Origin: Antedon mediterranea
Taxonomy: Eukaryota; Animalia; Echinodermata
Length of the DNA stretch: 64,000 nt
Reading direction: 5' to 3'
Assembly: GCF_964355755.1 (NCBI RefSeq)
Contig: NC_092675.1
Span: 13,736,912-13,800,911 of the forward strand
Shown one piece after another: positions 12,001-23,990 of the stretch (positions within the stretch are counted from its first letter, which is position 1; each line of letters opens with the position of its first letter). Position numbers and translations under genes: made by a program. The notes beneath the pieces were generated by a model. It did no database searches and had not been told where the DNA came from. It saw only the letters and a list, made by a program, of their open reading frames with translations.

Positions 12001-15000
12001 TCACACAAAAACATCAAAGTGCTTAAAATCACATTATAAACCGTTTTAGACCATTTTGAGCATTTCGATAACACTTTTCACACAAAAACATCAAAGAGCA
12101 CAAAATTGCTTAATATCGTATTTAAAAACGTTTTAGACCATTTTGAGCATTTCGACAAAACTTTTTCACACAAAACACCAAAGTGCTTAGAATAGCTTCA
12201 AATCGCATTTGGAGACGTTTTAGACCACTTTGTGATTTTTGAAAAAACTTGTTAACATAAAAACACCAAAGTGCTTAGAATAGCTTCAAATCACATTTGG
12301 AGACGTTTTAGACCATTTTGTGATTTTCGAAAAAACTTGTTAACATAAAAACACGAAAGTGCTTAGAATAGCTTCAAATCGCATTTGGAAACGTTTTAGA
12401 CCATTTTGTGATTTTCGAAAAAAATTGTTAACATAAAAACACCAAAGTGCTTAGAATCACATTATAAACCGTTTTAGACCATTTTGAGCATTTCGATAAC
12501 AATTTTCACACAAAAACATCAAAGAGCACAAAATAGCTTAATATCGTATTTAAAAATGTTTTAGACCATTTTGAGCATTTAGATAAAACTTTTTCACACA
12601 AAACACCAAAGTGCTTAGAATAGCTTCAAATCGCATTTGGAGACGTTTTAGACCATTTTGTGATTTTTGAAAAAACTTGTTAACATAAAAACACCAAAAG
12701 TGCTTAGAATAGCTTCAAATCACATTTGGAGACGTTTTAGACCATTTTGTGATTTTCGAAAAAACTTGTTAACATAAAAACACGAAAGTGCTTAGAATAG
12801 CTTCAAATCGCATTTGGAAACGTTTTAGACCATTTTGTGATTTTCGAAAAAACTTGTTAACATAAAAACACGAAAGTGCTTAGAATAGCTTCAAATCGCA
12901 TTTGGAAACGTTTTAGACCATTTTGTGATTTTCGAAAAAAATTGTTAACATAAAAACACCAAAGTGTTTAGAATAGCTTCAAATCGCATTTGGAGACGTT
13001 TTAGACCAATTTGTGATTTTCGAAAAAACTTATCAACATAAAAACACCAAAGGGTTTAGAATAGCTTCAAATCGCATTTGGAAACGTTTTAGACAATTTT
13101 GTGATTTTGAAAAAACTTGTTAACATAAAAACACCAAAGTGCTTAGAATAGCTTCAAATCGCATTTGGAGACGTTTTAGACCATTTTGTGATTTTCGAAA
13201 AAACTTGTTAACATAAAAACACCAAAGTGCTTAGAATAGCTTCAAATCGTATTTGGAGACGTTTTAGACCATTTTGAGATTTTCGAAAAAACTTGGTTAC
13301 ACAAAAACATCAAAGTGCTTAAAATCACATTATAAACCGTTTTAGACCATTTTGAGCATTTCGATAACACTTTTGACACAAAAACATCAAAGAGCACAAA
13401 ATAGCTTAATATCGTATTTAAAAACGTTTTAGACCATTTTGAGCATTTCGACAAAACTTTTTCACACAAAACACCAAAGTGCTTAGAATAGCTTCAAATC
13501 GCATTTGGAGACGTTTTAGACCAATTTGTGCATTTCGATGAAACTTGATTACACAAAAACATCAAAGTGCTTAAAATCACATCATAAACCGTTTTAGACC
13601 ATTTTGAGCATTTCGATAACACTTTTCACACAAAAACATCAAAGAGCACAAAATAGCTTAATATCGTATTTAAAAACGTTTTAGACCATTTTGAGCATTT
13701 CGACAAAACTTTTTCACACAAAACACCAAAGTGCTTAGAATAGCTTCAAATCGCATTTGGAGACGTTTTAGACCAATTTGTGCATTTCGATGAAACTTGA
13801 TTACACAAAAACATCAAAGTGCTTAAAATCACATTATAAACCGTTTTAGACCATTTTGAGCATTTCGATAACACTTTTCACACAAAAACATCAAAGAGCA
13901 CAAAATAGCTTAATATCGTATTTAAAAACGTTTTAGACCATTTTGAGCATTTAGACAAAACTTTTTCACACAAAACACCAAAGTGCTTAGAATAGCTTCA
14001 AATCGCATTTGGAGACGTTTTAGACCATTTTGTGATTTTTGAAAAAACTTGTTAACATAAAAACACCAAAGTGCTTAGAATAGCTTGAAATCACATTTGG
14101 AGACGTTTTAGACCATTTTGTGATTTTCGAAAAAACTTGTTAACATAAAAACACGAAAGTGCTTAGAATAGCTTCAAATCGCATTTGGAAACGTTTTAGA
14201 CCATTTTGTGATTTTCGAAAAAACTTGTTAACATAAAAACACGAAAGTGCTTAGAATCACATTATAAACCGTTTTAGACCATTTTGAGCATTTCGATAAC
14301 AATTTTCACACAAAAACATCAAAGAGCACAAAATAGCTTAATATCGTATTTAAAAATGTTTTAGACCATTTTGAGCATTTAGATAAAACTTTTTCACACA
14401 AAACACCAAAGTGTTTAGAATAGCTTCAAATCGCATTTGGAGACGTTTTAGACCATTTTGTGATTTTTGAAAAAACTTGTTAACATAAAAACACCAAAGT
14501 GCTTAGAATAGCTTCAAATCACATTTGGAGATGTTTTAGACCATTTTGTGATTTTTGAAAAAACTTGTTAACATAAAAACACGAAAGTGCTTAGAATAGC
14601 TTCAAATCACATTTGGAGACGTTTTAGACCATTTTGTGATTTTTGAAAAAACTTGTTAACATAAAAACACGAAAGTGCTTAGAATAGCTTCAAATCGCAT
14701 TTGGAAACGTTTTAGACCATTTTGCGATTTTCGAAAAAGATTGTTAACATAAAAACACCAATGTGCTTAGAATCACATTATAAACCGTTTTAGACCATTT
14801 TGAGCATTTCGATAACAATTTTCACACAAAAACATCAAAGAGCACAAAATAACTTAATATCGTATTTATAAATGTTTTAGACCATTTTGAGCATTTCGAC
14901 AAAACTTTTTCACACAAAACACCAAAGTGCTTAGAATAGCTTCAAATCGCATTTGGAGACGTTTTAGACCATTTTGTGATTTCGATGAAACTTGATTACA

Positions 15001-18000
15001 CAAAAACATCAAAGTGCTTAAAATCACATTATAAACCGTTTTAGACCATTTTGAGCATTTCGATAACACTTTTCACACAAAAACATCAAAGAGCAAAAAA
15101 TAGCTTATTATCGTATTTAAAAACGTTTTAGACCATTTTGAGCATTTAGACAAAACTTTTTCACACAAAACACCAAAGTGCTTAGAATAGCTTCAAATCG
15201 CATTTGGAGACGTTTTAGAACATTTTGTGTTTTTCGAAAAAAACTGTTAACATAAAAACACCAAAGTGCTTAGAATAGCTTCAAATCGCATTTGGAGACG
15301 TTTTAGAACATTTTGTGTTCTTCGAAAAAACTTGTTACCATAAAAACACCAAAGTGCTTAGAATAGCTTCAAATCGCATTTGGAGACGTTTTAGACCATT
15401 TTGTGATTTTTGAAAAAACTTGTTAACATAAAAACACCAAAGTGCTTAGAATAGCTTCAAATCACATTTGGAGACGTTTTAGACCATTTTGTGATTTTCG
15501 AAAAAACTTGTTAACATAAAAACACCAAAGTGCTTAGAATAGCGTCAAATCGTATTTGGAGACGTTTTAGACCATTTTGTGATTTTCGAAAAAACTTGTT
15601 AACATAAAAACACCAAAGTGCTTAGAATAGCTTCAAATCGCATTTGGAGACGGTTTAGACCATTTTATGATTTTGAAAAAACTTGTTAACATAAAAACAC
15701 CAAAGTGCTTAGAATAGCTTCAAATCGCATTTGGAGACGTTTTAGACCATTTTGTGATTTTCGAAAAAACTTGTTAACATAAAAACACCAAAGTGCTTAG
15801 AATAGCTTCAAATCGTATTTGGAGACGTTTTAGACCATTTTGAGATTTTCGAAAAAACTTGGTTACACAAAAACATCAAAGTGCTTAAAATCACATTATA
15901 AACCGTTTTAGACCATTTTGAGCATTTCGATAACACTTTTCACACAAAAACATCAAAGAGCACAAAATAGCTTAATATCGTATTTAAAAACGTTTTAGAC
16001 CATTTTGAGCATTTCGACAAAACTTTTTCACACAAAACACCAAAGTGCTTAGAATAGCTTCAAATCGCATTTGGAGACGTTTTAGACCAATTTGTGCATT
16101 TCGATGAAACTTGATTACACAAAAACATCAAAGTGCTTAAAATCACATTATAAACCGTTTAAGACCATTTTGAGCATTTCGATAACACTTTTCACACAAA
16201 AACATCAAAGTGCTTAAAATCACATTATAAACCGTTTTAGACCATTTTGAGCATTTCGATAACACTTTTCACACAAAAACATCAAAGAGCACAAAATTGC
16301 TTAATATCGTATTTAAAAACGTTTTAGACCATTTTGAGCATTTCGACAAAACTTTTTCACACAAAACACCAAAGTGCTTAGAATAGCTTCAAATCGCATT
16401 TGGAGACGTTTTAGACCAATTTGTGCATTTCGATGAAACTTGATTACACAAAAACATCAAAGTGCTTAAAATCACATCATAAACCGATTTAGACCATTTT
16501 GAGCATTTCGATAACACTTTTCACACAAAAACATCAAAGAGCACAAAATAGCTTAATATCGTATTTAAAAACGTTTTAGACCATTTTGAGCATTTCGACA
16601 AAACTTTTTCACACAAAACACCAAAGTGCTTAGAATAGCTTCAAATCGCATTTGGAGACGTTTTAGACCAATTTGTGCATTTCGATGAAACTTGATTACA
16701 CAAAAACATCAAAGTGCTTAAAATCACATTATAAACCGTTTTAGACCATTTTGAGCATTTCGATAACACTTTTCACACAAAAACATCAAAGAGCACAAAA
16801 TAGCTTAATATCGTATTTAAAAACGTTTTAGACCATTTTGAGCATTTAGACAAAACTTTTTCACACAAAACACCAAAGTGCTTAGAATAGCTTCAAATCG
16901 CATTTGGAGACGTTTTAGACCATTTTGTGATTTTTGAAAAAACTTGTTAACATAAAAACACCAATGTGCTTAGAATCACATTATAAACCGTTTTAGACCA
17001 TTTTGAGCATTTCGATAACAATTTTCACACAAAAACATCAAAGAGCACAAAATAGCTTAATATCGTATTTATAAATGTTTTAGACCATTTTGAGCATTTC
17101 GACAAAACTTTTTCACACAAAACACCAAAGTTCTTAGAATAGCTTCAAATCGCATTTGGAGACGTTTTTTATACCATTTTGTGATTTCGATGAAACTTGA
17201 TTACACAAAAACATCAAAGTGCTTAAAATCACATTATAAACCGTTTTAGACCATTTTGAGCATTTCGATAACACTTTTCACACAAAAACATCAAAGAGCA
17301 CAAAATAGCTTAATATCGTATTTAAAAACGTTTTAGACCATTTTGAGCATTTAGACAAAACTTTTTCACACAAAACACCAAAGTGCTTAGAATAGCTTCA
17401 AATCGCATTTGGAGACGTTTTAGAACATTTTGTGTTTTTCGAAAAAAACTGTTAACATAAAAACACCAAAGTGCTTAGAATAGCTTCAAATCGCATTTGG
17501 AGACGTTTTAGAACATTTTGTGTTCTTCGAAAAAACCTGTTAACATAAAAACACCAAAGTGCTTAGAATAGCTTCAAATCGCATTTGGAGACGTTTTAGA
17601 CCATTTTGTGATTTTTGAAAAAACTTGTTAACATAAAAACACCAAAGTGCTTAGAATAGCTTCAAATCACATTTGGAGACGTTTTAGACCATTTTGTGAT
17701 TTTCGAAAAAAATTGTTAACATAAAAACACGAAAGTGCTTAGAATAGCTTCAAATCGCATTTGGAAACGTTTTAGACCATTTTGTGATTTTCGAAAAAGA
17801 TTGTTAACATAAAAACACCAAAGTGCTTAGAAAAGCTTCAAATCGCATTTGGAGACGTTTTAGACCATTTTGTGCATTTCGATGAAACTTGGTTACACAA
17901 AAACATCAAAGTGCTTAAAATCACATTATAAACCATTTTAGACCATTTTGAGCATTTCGATAACACTTTTCACACAAAAACATCAAAGAGCACAAAATAG

Positions 18001-21000
18001 CTTAATATCTTATTTAAAAACGTTTTAGACCATTTTGAGCATTTCGACAAAACTTTTTCACACAAAACACCAAAGTGCTTAGAATAGCTTCAAATCGCAT
18101 TTGGAGACGTTTTAGACCATTTTGTGATTTTCGAAAAAACTTGTTAACATAAAAACATCAAAGTGTACAGAATAACTTCAAATCGCATTTGGAGACCGTT
18201 TTAGGCCAATTTGTGATTTCCGAAAAAACTTGTTAACCTAAAAATACCAAAGTGTTTAGAATAGCTTCAAATCGCATTTGGAGACGTTTTAGACCATTTT
18301 GTGATTTTCGAAAAAACTTGTTAACATAAAAACACCAAAGTGCTTCAAATCGCATTTGGAGACATTTTAGACCAATTTGTGATTTTTGAAAAAACTTGTT
18401 AACATAAAAACACCAAAGTGCTTACAATAGCTTCAAATCGTATTTGGAGACGTTTTAGACCATTTTGTGATTTTCGAAAAAACTTGTTAACATAAAAACA
18501 CCAAAGTACTTAGAATAGCTTCAAATCGCATTTGGAGACGTTTTAGACCATTTTATGCTTTTCGATGAAACTTGGTTACACAAAAACATCAAAGTGCTTA
18601 AAATCACATTATAATCCGTTTTAGACCATTTTGAGCATTTCGATAACACTTTTCACACAAAAACATCAAAGAGCACAAAATAGCTTAATATCGTATTTAA
18701 AAACGTTTTAGACCATTTTGAGCATTTCGACAAAACTTTTTCACACAAAACACCAAAGTGCTTAGAATAGCTTCAAATCGCATTTGGAGACGTTTTAGAC
18801 CATTTTGTGATTTTCGAAAAAAATTGTTAACATAAAAACATCAAAGTGTACAGAATAGCTTCAAATCGCATTTGGAGACCGTTTTAGGCCAATTTGTGAT
18901 TTTCGAAAAAACTTGTTAACCTAAAAATACCAAAGTGTTTAGAATAGCTTCAAATCGCATTTGGAGACGTTTTAGACCATTTTGTGATTTTCGAAAAAAC
19001 TTGTTAACATAAAAACACCAAAGTGCTTAGAATAGCTTCAAATCGCATTTGGAGACATTTTAGACCAATTTGTGATTTTCGAAAAAACTTGTCAACATAA
19101 AAACATCAAAGTGCTTAAAATCACATTATAATCCGTTTTAGACCATTTTGAGCATTTCGATAACACTTTTCACACAAAAACATCAAAGAGCACAAAATAG
19201 CTTAATATCGTATTTAAAAACGTTTTAACCATTTTGAGCATTTCGACAAAACTTTTTCACACAAAACACCAAAGTGCTTAGAATAGCTTCAAATCGCATT
19301 TGGAGACGTTTTAGACCATGTTGTGCATTTCGATGAAACTTGGTTACACAAAAACATCAAAGTGCTTAAAATCACATTATAAACCATTTTAGACCATTTT
19401 GAGCATTTCGATAACACTTTTCACACAAAAACATCAAAGAGCACAAAATAGCTTAATATCGTATTTAAAAACGTTTTAGACCATTTTGAGCATTTCGACA
19501 AAACTTTTTCACACAAAACACCAAAGTGCTTAGAATAGCTTCAAATCGCATTTGGAGACGTTTTAGACCATTTTGTGATTTTCGAAAAAACTTGTTAACA
19601 TAAAAACATCAAAGTGTACAGAATAACTTCAAATCGCATTTGGAGACCGTTTTAGGCCAATTTGTGATTTTCGAAAAAACTTGTTAACCTAAAAATACCA
19701 AAGTGTTTAGAATAGCTTCAAATCGCATTTGGAGACGTTTTAGACCATTTTGTGATTTTCGAAAAAACTTGTTAACATAAAAACACCAAAGTGCTTCAAA
19801 TCGCATTTGGAGACATTTTAGACCAATTTGTGATTTTTGAAAAAACTTGTTAACATAAAAACACCAAAGTGCTTACAATAGCTTCAAATCGTATTTGGAG
19901 ACGTTTTAGACCATTTTGTGATTTTCGAAAAAACTTGTTAACATAAAAACACCAAAGTACTTAGAATAGCTTCAAATCGCATTTGGAGACGTTTTAGACC
20001 ATTTTATGCATTTCGATGAAACTTGGTTACACAAAAACATCAAAGTGCTTAAAATCACATTATAATCCGTTTTAGACCATTTTGAGCATTTCGATAACAC
20101 TTTTCACACAAAAACATCAAAGAGCACAAAATAGCTTAATATCGTATTTAAAAACTTTTTAGACCATTTTGAGCATTTCGACAAAACTTTTTCACACAAA
20201 ACACCAAAGTGCTTAGAATAGCTTCAAATCGCATTTGGAGACGTTTTAGACCATTTTGTGATTTTCGAAAAAAATTGTTAACATAAAAACATCAAAGTGT
20301 ACAGAATAGCTTCAAATCGCATTTGGAGACCGTTTTAGGCCAATTTGTGATTTTCGAAAAAACTTGTTAACCTAAAAATACCAAAATGTTTAGAATTGCT
20401 TCAAATCGCATTTGGAGACGTTTTAGACCATTTTGTGATTTTCGAAAAAACTTGTTAACATAAAAACACCAAAGTGCTTAGAATAGCTTCAAATCGCATT
20501 TGGAGACATTTTAGACCAATTTGTGATTTTCGAAAAAACTTATCAACATAAAAACACCAAAGGGTTTAGAATATCTTCAAATCGCATTTGGAGACGTTTT
20601 AGACCATTTTGTGATTTTCGAAAAAACTTGTTAACATAAAAACACCAAAGTGCTTAGAATAGCTTCAAATCGCATTTGGAGACGTTTTAGACCAATTTGT
20701 GATTTTCGAAAAAACTTATCAACATAAAAACACCAAAGGGTTTAGAATAGCTTCAAATCGCATTTGGAGACGTTTTAGACCATTTTGTGATTTTGAAAAA
20801 ACTTGTTAACATAAAAACACCAAAGTGCTTAGAATAGCTTCAAATCGCATTTGGAGACGTTTTAGACCATTTTGTGATTTTCGAAAAAACTTGTTAACAT
20901 AAAAACACCAAAGTGCTTAGAATAGCTTCAAATCGTATTTGGAGACTTTTTAGACCATTTTGAGATTTTCGAAAAAACTTGGTTACACAAAAACATCAAA

Positions 21001-21946
21001 GTGCTTAAAATCACATTATAAACCGTTTTAGACCATTTTGAGCATTTCGATAACACTTTTCACACAAAAACATCAAAGAGCACAAAATAGCTTAATATCG
21101 TATTTAAAAACGTTTTAGACCATTTTGAGCATTTCGACAAAACTTTTTCACACAAAACACCAAAGTGCTTAGAATAGCTTCAAATCGCATTTGGAGACGT
21201 TTTAGACCAATTTGTGATTTTTGAAAAAACTTGTTAACATAAAAACACCAAAGTGCTTAGAATAGCTTCAAATCACATTTGGAGACGTTTTAGACCATTT
21301 TGTGATTTTCGAAAAAACTTGTTAACATAAAAACACGAAAGTGCTTAGAATAGCTTCAAATCGCCTTTGGAAACGTTTTAGACCATTTTGTGATTTTCGA
21401 AAAAACTTGTTAACATAAAAACACGAAAGTGCTTAGAATCACATTATAAACCGTTTTAGACCATTTTGAGCATTTCGATAACAATTTTCACACAAAAACA
21501 TCAAAGAGCACAAAATAGCTTAATATCGTATTTAAAAATGTTTTAGACCATTTTGAGCATTTAGATAAAACTTTTTCACACAAAACACCAAAGTGCTTAG
21601 AATAGCTTCAAATCGCATTTGGAGACGTTTTAGACCATTTTGTGATTTTTGAAAAAACTTGTTAACATAAAAACACCAAAGTGCTTAGAATAGCTTCAAA
21701 TCACATTTGGAGATGTTTTAGACCATTTTGTGATTTTTGAAAAAACTTGTTAACATAAAAACACGAAAGTGCTTAGAATAGCTTCAAATCGCATTTGGAA
21801 ACGTTTTAGACCATTTTGTGATTTTCGAAAAAGATTGTTAACATAAAAACACCAATGTGCTTAGAATCACATTATAAACCGTTTTAGACCATTTTGAGCA
21901 TTTCGATAACAATTTTCACACAAAAACATCAAAGAGCACAAAATAG
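1..21946. repeat. Satellite DNA array, block 1 (78-88 bp monomers, classes A/B/C/D; runs off the left edge)
   Basis: Continuous tandem repeats. Class A is 88 bp: GCATTTGGAGACGTTTTAGACCATTTTGTGATTTTCGAAAAAACTTGTTAACATAAAAACACCAAAGTGCTTAGAATAGCTTCAAATC (GCATTTGG at 1 and again at 89). The B(78)-C(87)-D(87) trimer is 252 bp (e.g. starts at 9245 and 9497). Confidence 0.98.
21940..21946 (+). other. Target-site duplication AAAATAG, left copy (right copy 23985-23991)
   Basis: Uninterrupted class C monomers read GAGCAC-AAAATAG-CTTAATATC once; here AAAATAG appears on both sides of the element. The right boundary is ambiguous because the tail has the same sequence. Confidence 0.8.
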
Positions 21947-22024
21947 TATTATAGATATCTGAAAAAAAATAATAATCGGTTAGCCCAAAGTAATTTCAAA
22001 TTTGCTCGCGCGTCTTTTAAAAAA

Positions 22025-23797
22025 ATGTGCAATAAAAAGTACAAAGATTACTTGGACTCTTTGGCTAAGCAAATTGTCACTAACAGTAAAAGATTCTGGA
22101 GCTGGATGAAAACTAAATACAAGTCAAATAATCTTCCTTCTGTCATGAGTCACGATAACATTTCATTCCAGTCTAATTATGATAAAGCTACCACATTTAA
22201 TTCTTATTTTCATTCTTTTTTCAGTGAGCCTTCTCCGGACGTTCCCCGGGACTATCCAGGTCTTCCTGACTATGCGGTGGATAACTTAAGTTCTCTGTCT
22301 GTGAATCAGCATTCTGTGGAAAAGGCACTTAGTAACATTGATATCAATAAAGCTACTGGCATTGATCAGATTAGTAACGTTGTCTTAAAGGGTGCCTCCT
22401 CCTCACTCTCTTATCCGCTTTGCAAATTGTTTCAGCTATCTATTAATTCTGGGGTTTTTCCTTCATCTTGGAAACACGCTAATATTGTCCCAATTCACAA
22501 GAGTGGTCCCAAAAAACTAATCTGTAACTATCGTCCTATTTCGTTATTGCCTACTATGTCTAAGATTTTTGAGCGCATTGTGCATGATGGTTTGTCATCA
22601 CATGTTGCTAATGCTTTAAGTCCTAGGCAGCATGGTTTTGTCTCTGGGAGATCATGTCAAACCAACCTCGCACTGCTTCTTGCTACATCATACGATGCAA
22701 TTAACAGCAAGAAGCAGTGCGATGTGATTTACACTGATTTCTCTAAGGCTTTTGATTCCGTTTCCCATGATTTGCTTATTTTTAAACTTTCAAAATTTGG
22801 TTTATCCGGTTCACTGTTAAGTTGGTTTAAAAGCTATTTAACTAATAGACAACAGCGTGTTGTCATTGGGGGAGAGACATCTGATTGGCTCCCTGTGTTA
22901 TCGGGCGTTCCGCAGGGCTCGATCCTGGGCCCGCTTTTGTTTAATTTATTTATCAACGATCTTCCTTTAAAATTTAATCATTCCGAGTCTCTTTTATTTG
23001 CTGACGATCTGAAATTGTTTAAAGTGATTACCACTCCACAGGATGCTTTTTCACTTCAGGAGGATCTGGATGGTCTCGTGGAATGGACGGAGAAGTGGGG
23101 GATAAAACTTAATGCTAATAAATGCAAATATTTATCTATAACACTTAAAAAAAGGCCTGTGCTCTTCAATTATAATCTGAGTGGACATGATCTTGAGATG
23201 GTTTATGTATGGAAAGATTTAGGTATTTTTATTGATAGTAAATTAAATTTTTGTTCACATATTAATCATGTGTTGTCAAAAGCTAATAGAATGATGGGCT
23301 TAATATGGAGAAATTGTAGGTTTATGAACGACGGCAGGGCACTTTTATCTTTATACAAATCTATTATACGTCCTCACCTTGAATATTGTTCCGCAATTTT
23401 CAATTCAATTTCTCCATGTCAGGCCCGTCGAATCGACACTGTTCAACGGAAGTTTGTTCGATTCCTGTCTTATAACTGTGTTAATTTTGCCTTTTCCATT
23501 GATTCTGTCAGCAATCGTCGAACGATATCTGATATGGTTTTTTTATATAATATTTTAAATTCTAAATATGACTGTTCATTAATTTCACTATTTAGTTTAA
23601 ATGTTCCTGGTCGTACACGAAATAGACATTTATTGCATATTCCTTTTAGCCGTGTCGACTGTACTAAGAGGGGACTTTTTCATAGACTACCTTATACATT
23701 TAATAATCTAAATAGCAATCATATCGATATTTTTAATGATAGACTTGGTTATTTTAAGAGGACGATGATGTGTTCACTTCTTGAACAGTCTGCATAA
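22025..23797 (+). CDS. LINE ORF2 fragment: reverse transcriptase plus C-terminal domain, with no APE endonuclease (the frame is open from 21947, so the ATG is internal)
   Basis: Non-LTR RT motifs: WKHANIVPIHK, NYRPISLL, QHGFVSGRSC, DFSKAFDSV, GVPQGSILGPLLF, LFADDLKL (catalytic FADD), KDLGIFID, LYKSIIRPHLEY. No stops or frameshifts. The in-frame upstream extension reads YYRYLKKNNNRLAQSNFKFARASFKK. Confidence 0.9.
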   Translation: MCNKKYKDYLDSLAKQIVTNSKRFWSWMKTKYKSNNLPSVMSHDNISFQSNYDKATTFNSYFHSFFSEPSPDVPRDYPGLPDYAVDNLSSLSVNQHSVEKALSNIDINKATGIDQISNVVLKGASSSLSYPLCKLFQLSINSGVFPSSWKHANIVPIHKSGPKKLICNYRPISLLPTMSKIFERIVHDGLSSHVANALSPRQHGFVSGRSCQTNLALLLATSYDAINSKKQCDVIYTDFSKAFDSVSHDLLIFKLSKFGLSGSLLSWFKSYLTNRQQRVVIGGETSDWLPVLSGVPQGSILGPLLFNLFINDLPLKFNHSESLLFADDLKLFKVITTPQDAFSLQEDLDGLVEWTEKWGIKLNANKCKYLSITLKKRPVLFNYNLSGHDLEMVYVWKDLGIFIDSKLNFCSHINHVLSKANRMMGLIWRNCRFMNDGRALLSLYKSIIRPHLEYCSAIFNSISPCQARRIDTVQRKFVRFLSYNCVNFAFSIDSVSNRRTISDMVFLYNILNSKYDCSLISLFSLNVPGRTRNRHLLHIPFSRVDCTKRGLFHRLPYTFNNLNSNHIDIFNDRLGYFKRTMMCSLLEQSA

Positions 23798-23842
23798 CCT
23801 GTTTTAATTGAAATTTTTTATGGCATGCCAATCTATGTTTTT

Positions 23843-23858
23843 TATATATATATATATA
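23843..23858. repeat. (TA)8 microsatellite in the LINE 3' UTR (also 30779-30794)
   Basis: Read directly; same length in both copies. Confidence 0.9.
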
Positions 23859-23912
23859 TTTTATCTGTATTTTATTGTTAACCGTTTTTGCTGTTGTATT
23901 GTTTTATGTTTC

Positions 23913-23948
23913 AAACCTGTTAGTGGCGGTATTTATCGCTGTTGGTTT
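23913..23948 (+). promoter_or_regulatory. Putative 3' UTR RNA stem-loop (RT recognition signal), copy 1
   Basis: TAGTGGCGGT-ATTT-ATCGCTGTTG forms a 10-bp stem with five G-U pairs, enclosed by AAACC...GGTTT. It sits just upstream of the tail, as in CR1/L2 elements. Confidence 0.6.
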
Positions 23949-23954
23949 TGATTG

Positions 23955-23990
23955 AATAAAATAAAAATAAAATAAAAATAAAATAAAATA
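23955..23990 (+). repeat. LINE 3' simple-repeat tail (TAAAA/TAAAAA)n, containing AATAAA
   Basis: AA-TAAAA-TAAAAA-TAAAA-TAAAAA-TAAAA-TAAAA-TA(G). Short tandem-repeat tails are typical of CR1/L2-group LINEs. Confidence 0.9.

Larger units (their letters stand above)
21947..23984 (+). mobile_element. 5'-truncated non-LTR retrotransposon (LINE), CR1 group, copy 1, 2,038 bp
   Basis: Satellite stops after GAGCACAAAATAG (21946) and resumes at AAAATAGCTTAATATC (23985). In between are an RT ORF, a short T-rich 3' UTR and a TAAAA/TAAAAA tail. Clade assignment rests on motif recognition only. Confidence 0.93.

Noticed and set aside
1-21946. CRISPR array (the core GTTTTAGA resembles the start of type II-A repeats) beside an RT, suggesting an RT-Cas system
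   Set aside because: The intervening segments are themselves repeated in four homologous classes rather than being unique spacers. There are no cas genes or leader, and the RT is a eukaryotic non-LTR type.
22025-23797. Retron, DGR, group II intron or telomerase-like RT system
   Set aside because: The motif set, 5' truncation, TSD, 3' hairpin and simple-repeat tail all fit a LINE. No TR/VR pair, msr-msd, intron structure or accessory gene is visible.
23955-23960. AATAAA as the polyadenylation signal of a host gene or processed pseudogene
   Set aside because: It is part of the LINE's TAAAA tail, and there is no host gene sequence in the window.
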